Assembly (NCBI GenBank): GCA_027313505.1
Contig: DAHVDN010000001.1
Location: 43,366-107,365, forward strand
Direction: 5' to 3'
Source: Candidatus Dormiibacterota bacterium
GTDB lineage: Bacteria; Chloroflexota; Dormibacteria; Aeolococcales; Bog-877
DNA: 64,000 bases
Shown here piece by piece: positions 58,083 through 64,000 of the stretch (its first letter is position 1; every line of letters starts with the position of its first letter). A program made the translations under genes and the position numbers. The notes below the pieces were generated by a model that was not told the origin of the DNA, made no database searches, and saw only the letters and a list, made by a program, of their open reading frames with translations.

Positions 58083-59384
58083 ATGGCTGCCAACCTTCCG
58101 CCGAGAGTGCCTCCCCCCTTTACACCCGGTCCAACCGGACCGGTTGTAACCTCCGGTCCCACCGGCTCTTCGGAGAGGGAACAGCCGGACGGTCTGGGGC
58201 GGTCAGCGATTCTCTGGGGACGGTCGGCAGCGGTGTTGCTGACGGCATTTTTGGCTTACCAGATCGTGCTGGTGGTCAAGGGGCTGGCGGCCGCGGTCCT
58301 GTCGGTGGTGATCTGCGCTCTGCTGGCGGCGATCATCTCGTTCCTCGGATCTCCGATCGCGGACCGTCTGGACCGACGTCTCCACATCCCCAGGACCCTG
58401 GCCGTGTTGCTGACCATGGTGGTCGGTATCGGCCTGGTGGCCCTTGTGGGCTGGCTCGCCTCCGGACCGCTGGTCACCGAGGGGCGGGGACTGGCGGCGC
58501 AAACTCCGGGGTTTGTCCGGCGGATGGACAGGCTGGTCGCTCAGGTCGAGGGCCAGCTCCAGAGTCATGGGATCAAGGTCAACGCGGTCAGCTTTGTGAC
58601 CTCGAAGCTGGCATCATTGGCTCCTCAGCTGACCGGCATAGCGGTGACCGGTATCACCAGCACAATCGGCATTCTGGTCGACGCCATCATCTCCATCGTC
58701 CTGGCCTTCTGGCTGATGCGAGACGGTGCCCATTTACGCCAGAGCTTCGTGGCCCTCTTCCCGACCAGGGTGGCGAGGGACCTGAACTTCGGGCTGGACG
58801 CCTTCGCAGTCGTCATAGGTGGCTATGTCCGCGCCCAGCTCTTCTTGGCAGTGGTGGTGGGGGCCATGGCCGGGGTCGGGACCTTTCTACTAGGGGTGCC
58901 CTTCCCTCTCGTGGTGGCGCTGGCGGCGGGAGTCTTTGAGCTGATCCCTCTGGTCGGGCCCTTCGCCGGTGGAGCGGTGGCCCTGCTGCTGGCCCTGACC
59001 AAGAGCCCCACCCTTGCCCTAGTCACCCTTGTCCTCTTCCTCGGCATCCACGTGATCGAGGGGTATCTCCTGGTGCCGAGGATCCAGGCCAGGTTCGTCC
59101 AGCTGCACCCTGTCGTGACCCTTTTGGCGCTGTTCGCTGGGGTGGAGGTGGGTGGATTCCTGGGAGCGTTGGTGGCGGTACCCGCCGCCAGCTATCTGAC
59201 GGTGCTGATCCGTGCCGGAGTGGGGGACTGGCGAGCCCAGCGGCCGGACCTCTACAGCGTGGGCCGCGGAGACAGCCTGGGAGATATCCGCAACCGAAGA
59301 CTGCTTCGCAGCTTCAGGATCCGTCGGCGGGCTGAGCGGCCCTCCGAGGGACCTCGGCAGCAGCCGCCAGCTTCTCCAGAGTAA
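58083..59384 (+). CDS. AI-2E family transporter (PerM/UPF0118)
   Basis: Eight TM helices. Family-typical C-terminal region (VIEGYLLVPRI...) is present. Start set at ATG 58083 after the upstream stop; the longer ORF start overlaps the previous gene. Confidence 0.8.
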   Translation: MAANLPPRVPPPFTPGPTGPVVTSGPTGSSEREQPDGLGRSAILWGRSAAVLLTAFLAYQIVLVVKGLAAAVLSVVICALLAAIISFLGSPIADRLDRRLHIPRTLAVLLTMVVGIGLVALVGWLASGPLVTEGRGLAAQTPGFVRRMDRLVAQVEGQLQSHGIKVNAVSFVTSKLASLAPQLTGIAVTGITSTIGILVDAIISIVLAFWLMRDGAHLRQSFVALFPTRVARDLNFGLDAFAVVIGGYVRAQLFLAVVVGAMAGVGTFLLGVPFPLVVALAAGVFELIPLVGPFAGGAVALLLALTKSPTLALVTLVLFLGIHVIEGYLLVPRIQARFVQLHPVVTLLALFAGVEVGGFLGALVAVPAASYLTVLIRAGVGDWRAQRPDLYSVGRGDSLGDIRNRRLLRSFRIRRRAERPSEGPRQQPPASPE

Positions 59385-59388
59385 GGGG

Positions 59389-60099
59389 CTACCGTCGCCC
59401 GGCGGCTCCGCGAGGACCAAAAAGGGCGGTCCCCACGCGGATCTGGGTGCTGCCCTCGGCGATCGCAAGAGCGAAGTCCCCGCTCATTCCCATGCTGAGG
59501 TGGGGCAGCTTCGCACCCAGTTCCCGCTCCAGCCGATTCCGAAGCTCCCTACAGGCCGCGAATGAGCGGGCTGGATCTTCCGGCGCGGACACCGTCATGA
59601 GCCCGCTGACCACAATTCCCGGCAGGGCAAAAAGGTTCCCGCTGTCCCGAAGTAGCGCCTCAGGTCGGTAACCTGACCGGCCCGGAATGTCCGTGAAGTC
59701 CACCTCGCAGAGGATAGGCAACGGGCTCTGTCCCGCCCGTTGCATGGAGATGGCGGTGGCCAGCTGCAGGCTGTCCACGGTCTCAACCATCGAGAACAGT
59801 CGGCCAGCCACCGGAACCTTGTTGCGCTGCAGGTGGCCCACCAGGTGCCATTGGACAGTTCCGGGGCCGATTGCGGCCTCCTTGTCGCGGCACTCCTGTA
59901 CGTAGTTCTCGCCAAGCACCGCAAGCCCTTCCTCCAGAGCCGCAAGGACCATCTCCGGGGGATGCCCCTTGGTCACCGGGAGGATGCGAACTGGACCTGT
60001 CCGGCCCCGACTCGCCTGCTCTACCCCTTCCTGGAGGATCGAAAGTCGGGCCCTCAGCGCCTCTCGAATCGAGGTGAGGTCAGGTTGAGGCGGCGGCAC
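59389..60099 (-). CDS. yggS: YggS-family pyridoxal-phosphate homeostasis protein (PLPHP)
   Basis: RILPVTKGHPPEMV...GENYVQE...HLVGHLQRNK...IVVSGLMTV match the YggS/alanine-racemase N-domain fold. Start tentatively GTG 60099; an in-frame ATG at 60126 lies further inside nrdR. Confidence 0.8.
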   Translation of the reverse strand: MPPPQPDLTSIREALRARLSILQEGVEQASRGRTGPVRILPVTKGHPPEMVLAALEEGLAVLGENYVQECRDKEAAIGPGTVQWHLVGHLQRNKVPVAGRLFSMVETVDSLQLATAISMQRAGQSPLPILCEVDFTDIPGRSGYRPEALLRDSGNLFALPGIVVSGLMTVSAPEDPARSFAACRELRNRLERELGAKLPHLSMGMSGDFALAIAEGSTQIRVGTALFGPRGAAGRR

Positions 60100-60571
60100 G
60101 GCGTCGGCGCGGGGTGTGCTCCCCAAGAAGGAGGTGGTCGATCTCGTTGCGCACCTCGGAGAGATCCCGGAAGGAGCGGTAGACGGAGGCGAACCGCACG
60201 TAGGCGACCTCGTCCAGCTGCCGCAACCGGTTCATGACCAGCTCACCGACCTCTCGGCTGGGCAGCTCCGACTGCCCCCTTCCCCGTAGGTCAGCCTCAA
60301 TCTCGTCCACGATCTGAGTTACCTGGCTCGGGGAGATGTCCCGCTTCTTGCATGCATTCATCAGTCCCAGGAAGAGCTTCTGGCGGTCAAAATCCTCCCG
60401 CCGACCATCCTTCTTGACGATATAGAAGGGGACAGACTCTATCCGCTCGTAGGTGGTGAAGCGCTTGCTGCAGCTGTTACAAGCGCGCCGGCGGCGGATT
60501 GCCTCTCCGGTCTCAGAGTCCCGGGAATCCACCACCCGCAGATCGTCGTGACTGCAGTAGGGACAGCGCAT
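60080..60571 (-). CDS. nrdR: Transcriptional repressor NrdR (Zn-ribbon + ATP-cone)
   Basis: MRCPYCSHDDLRVVDSRDSETGEAIRRRRACNSCSKRFTTYE is the NrdR zinc ribbon. ATP-cone region VKKDGRREDFDRQKL. Start at the conserved Met 60571, not the longer ORF start. Confidence 0.9.
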   Translation of the reverse strand: MRCPYCSHDDLRVVDSRDSETGEAIRRRRACNSCSKRFTTYERIESVPFYIVKKDGRREDFDRQKLFLGLMNACKKRDISPSQVTQIVDEIEADLRGRGQSELPSREVGELVMNRLRQLDEVAYVRFASVYRSFRDLSEVRNEIDHLLLGEHTPRRRRAAAST

Positions 60572-60757
60572 CACGCCTCCGAAAATCCTGATCCGGCCCA
60601 CAGCATATAGGGCCTGCCCCCAAAGTGTACCCTGGATGTTGTAGATCCGGCCACAAACCTCCCGTCGCTGGGGCCCTGTTCCCTCAATTGGGTGGAGCAG
60701 GGACTTCAATAACTGGGTGCTGATACCACCACATAGCGGGTGGACAGGGAATCTCGG

Positions 60758-61735
<978 letters not shown>

Positions 61736-61913
61736 CCTTCCTTTCCTTGGTTCTCTTGTCCCCTGAGTGTAGGTGCAGAGATAAGACCTTCGCCCCCTTT
61801 AGTTCGACTCACTCCACCAGGCGATGCGCGGGCAGGTCACGGTTCGGTACCGTAGCCCATCGAGTGCCGCCAACTCTGCAGTCCGGGCCAGCCGGAAGGA
61901 GGCTGCCGAGCCC

Positions 61914-64000
61914 TTGAATCAGCTGAGGCTTCTGGTCCGCGCCATGCGGTGGCGAGCGGGAGCGGCCGTCGCGCTCTTCGTGGTGGCGACAGTGGCGGTG
62001 CTGGCGGCGGCGGCCGGCCCCCTTTACCTGGACACCGCCAACGACAGCGTGCTCCATTCGATTCTGGAGGGCAACTCTCAGGCTGCCAATGGGATCACGA
62101 TCATCCCAAGCTTCTCGACAACTGCCAACGGGAACCCGGTGCAAAGGGCTCGGGCAGCCCTCGACGCCGCACAGCGGTTCCATCTCTACCGCTGGTATCA
62201 CCGGGGCAGGATGGTGCTGGATCAGGGGGTGGTCCTGCTGGGAGCTGGGGGGATCACCTACTCCACCGACCTGCTCTCAGATCCGGGGCAGTGCCAGGTG
62301 CTCCATTTCATCTCCGGCAGTTGCCCGGGCGCGGGCCAGGTGGCCATAACTCAGCGCACGGCGGCCGCACTGGGAGTACATCTCGGATCTTTGATCAGCT
62401 CTCCCTCCTCCAAGGCTTCCGGTCCGTTGCTGCTGAAGGTGGTGGGACTGGTGGCGCTGGGCCGCCCGTCGCAGCAGTTCTGGTTTGGACTTGAACCGGC
62501 CTACTTCGACTTCGGCCCCGCCCTTGATTGTGGAATCAACTCGGGCAGCTGCCTCCCACACCTGGACGCCATGTTCACCTCGGCCCCAACCGTGGCGGGG
62601 CTGCCCCAAGTCCAGCCGACAGATGAGTTCGTGCTTCGGGTGAACACCATCCATACCACGTCCGCCACCGCCTTCAACTCCGCCTACAGCAGCTTTGCGA
62701 CCTACACCAACCAGGTCTTGAGCGCTCCGATCTCCACCAATCTCGGCATCGAGACCCGCTCTGCGAGCGGCGAGAGCAACCTCATGGAGTCGATCGTGAT
62801 AGTGGTTGATCTGCAACTTTTGCTGCTGGCGCTGTTTGTCCTCTTCGGGCTGGTGGCCCGCACCGCCGAGGCGCGAGAGAAGGAGGTGGCACTGGCCAAG
62901 CTCCGGGGATTCAGGACCCTGTCGGTTCTGGCGGTGGGCCTGCTGGAGCCCATTGCGGCTCTCTGCCTGGCGGTGCCGGTGGGTCTTCTTCTCGCCCTCT
63001 TGGCGATGCGGATCGCTCAACCGCTGCTGCTCCCGGGGGCGCTGGTGACCGTCCAGCCGATCGTCTTCTTGGCTGCCCTCATCGCCTTTGCCGGAGGGCT
63101 GATTGCGACCGCCTTCGGTGCGCGCCGACTCCTGACCCGGCGCCTTGCGGACGAGCTGAGAGCGGTGGAGCCCAAGACCTCCAACGTGGCCAGAGCCGCT
63201 TTGGATGCGGCAGCGCTCGCTCTGGCGCTGGCCGGAATAATCGAGTTGCTGGCGGCCGGGGTGCTCAGTGGTAGCCAACCCAACCCGGTCGCGGCCTTCG
63301 CTCCCGGCCTGATCGCCGTCGCCGTCGCGGTGGTCGGAGTCAGGCTGCTGCCAATCCTCGCCTCGGTGATCGTGCTCCGAACCCGCGACAGCAGGTGGCT
63401 CGCGACCGGGATCGCGGTCCGGCAGGTGGTGCGGCGGCCGACCAGCCTGCGCCAGATCACGGTGCTGGCGATCGCCACCGCACTGGCGTGCTTTGCCGTG
63501 ACCGGGTGGGCGGCCGCGGGAATCAACCGGACGATCCGGGCGAACTTCGTGCTGGGAGCCGCCCGGGTCCTGGTGGTCCAGGTGCCGAACTCGGTCAACA
63601 TCGAGAACGCGGTGAACAAGGCCGACCCCACAGGACGGTACGCGATGGCGGTGATGCTCTCGTCAATCCCCAGCCAGAACCTGCTGGCAGTCCAGGTGAG
63701 CCGGCTGCAGAAGGTGGCCTACTGGCCGTCCAACATCAGCTCTACCTCACTGGCCACGATCGTGCAATGGCTCACCCCCCATCTCAAGCCCCCCATGTAT
63801 CTGACTGGGACTGCGGTGCGCGCCACGATCACCCTGACCGGCAACCCATCACCACCACCCGACCTGGTCTTCAACTTGGTCGACAGCGGTGGATCCGCAG
63901 GGGTGGCGGATTTTGGCTTCCTCTCGCCGGGAACCCACACCTACACCACCGACCTGCCGGCCAGCTGCACCGGAGGATGCCATGTCCTCCAGCTCGATCC
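61914..64000 (+). CDS. FtsX-like ABC transporter permease with large extracytoplasmic domains (MacB/FtsX superfamily); 3' end runs off the window
   Basis: Not in the supplied ORF table because there is no in-window stop. Frame 0 is open from TTG 61914 (ATG 61944) to the window end at 64000. N-terminus LRLLVRAMRWRAGAAVALFVVATVAVLAAAAGP is typical of the family. TM blocks recur around residues 300-330 and 450-520, separated by long extracytoplasmic segments. The antisense ORF 62277..63278 is rejected. Confidence 0.65.
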   Translation, partial: MNQLRLLVRAMRWRAGAAVALFVVATVAVLAAAAGPLYLDTANDSVLHSILEGNSQAANGITIIPSFSTTANGNPVQRARAALDAAQRFHLYRWYHRGRMVLDQGVVLLGAGGITYSTDLLSDPGQCQVLHFISGSCPGAGQVAITQRTAAALGVHLGSLISSPSSKASGPLLLKVVGLVALGRPSQQFWFGLEPAYFDFGPALDCGINSGSCLPHLDAMFTSAPTVAGLPQVQPTDEFVLRVNTIHTTSATAFNSAYSSFATYTNQVLSAPISTNLGIETRSASGESNLMESIVIVVDLQLLLLALFVLFGLVARTAEAREKEVALAKLRGFRTLSVLAVGLLEPIAALCLAVPVGLLLALLAMRIAQPLLLPGALVTVQPIVFLAALIAFAGGLIATAFGARRLLTRRLADELRAVEPKTSNVARAALDAAALALALAGIIELLAAGVLSGSQPNPVAAFAPGLIAVAVAVVGVRLLPILASVIVLRTRDSRWLATGIAVRQVVRRPTSLRQITVLAIATALACFAVTGWAAAGINRTIRANFVLGAARVLVVQVPNSVNIENAVNKADPTGRYAMAVMLSSIPSQNLLAVQVSRLQKVAYWPSNISSTSLATIVQWLTPHLKPPMYLTGTAVRATITLTGNPSPPPDLVFNLVDSGGSAGVADFGFLSPGTHTYTTDLPASCTGGCHVLQLD

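Noticed and set aside
62277-63278. Minus-strand 333-aa ORF
   Set aside because: It is fully antisense to the much longer open frame encoding an FtsX-like permease with coherent TM and extracytoplasmic architecture. Its composition (R/G/Q-rich) is antisense-like.

Overview
This is a high-GC (about 68-70%) bacterial chromosomal window, densely coding, with many 4-nt start/stop overlaps. The phylum cannot be fixed from sequence alone. An Actinomycetota-like or Chloroflexota-like organism is suggested by a fused fbiC (F420) gene, a class-E-like sortase, a GuaB3-like IMPDH paralog and an archaeal-type glucose dehydrogenase. No rRNA, tRNA, CRISPR array, transposase or integrase was recognised.

Content in order:
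- A NarL-type two-component system (5'-truncated sensor kinase plus LuxR-type response regulator).
- An Opp/Dpp-type peptide ABC transporter. The lipoprotein binding protein and two permeases are on +, but three ATPase genes are convergent on -.
- A flippase-like membrane protein.
- An archaeal-type glucose 1-dehydrogenase, then a homogentisate dioxygenase-like cupin and a fumarylacetoacetate-hydrolase-family protein.
- infA, with an arginine-rich N-terminal extension.
- A tandem-repeat hypothetical divergent from a GGDEF diguanylate cyclase.
- Threonine aldolase.
- A strongly RBS-supported, extremely basic Arg/Thr/Ala-rich protein.
- Glutamate dehydrogenase.
- An orphan OmpR-type regulator divergent from a sortase.
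- A purine block: guaB3-like, guaA, purD, then a DksA/TraR zinc-finger gene, a two-subunit biotin carboxylase/carboxyltransferase (pycB-pycA-like), and an ECF sigma/anti-sigma pair whose anti-sigma carries a large Ig-like plus beta-propeller ectodomain, then purB-C-S-Q-L-F-M-N-H.
- A membrane zinc-ribbon protein.
- A roughly 2.2-kb decayed stretch with pseudogene-like fragments, one DUF664/DinB-like gene and a RidA gene.
- The glyoxylate shunt (aceA-aceB) with a clear sigma70-like promoter.
- A Cys-rich hypothetical, fused fbiC, recJ, a sulfite-oxidase-family molybdoenzyme with an internal Tat-like motif, an AI-2E transporter, yggS, nrdR, an aldo/keto reductase, and the start of an FtsX-like ABC permease running off the window.

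The most unusual items are the basic coiled-coil protein, the membrane-domain/Tat-motif molybdoenzyme fusion, the tandem-domain protein beside the diguanylate cyclase, the inverted ABC ATPase module and the decayed island.
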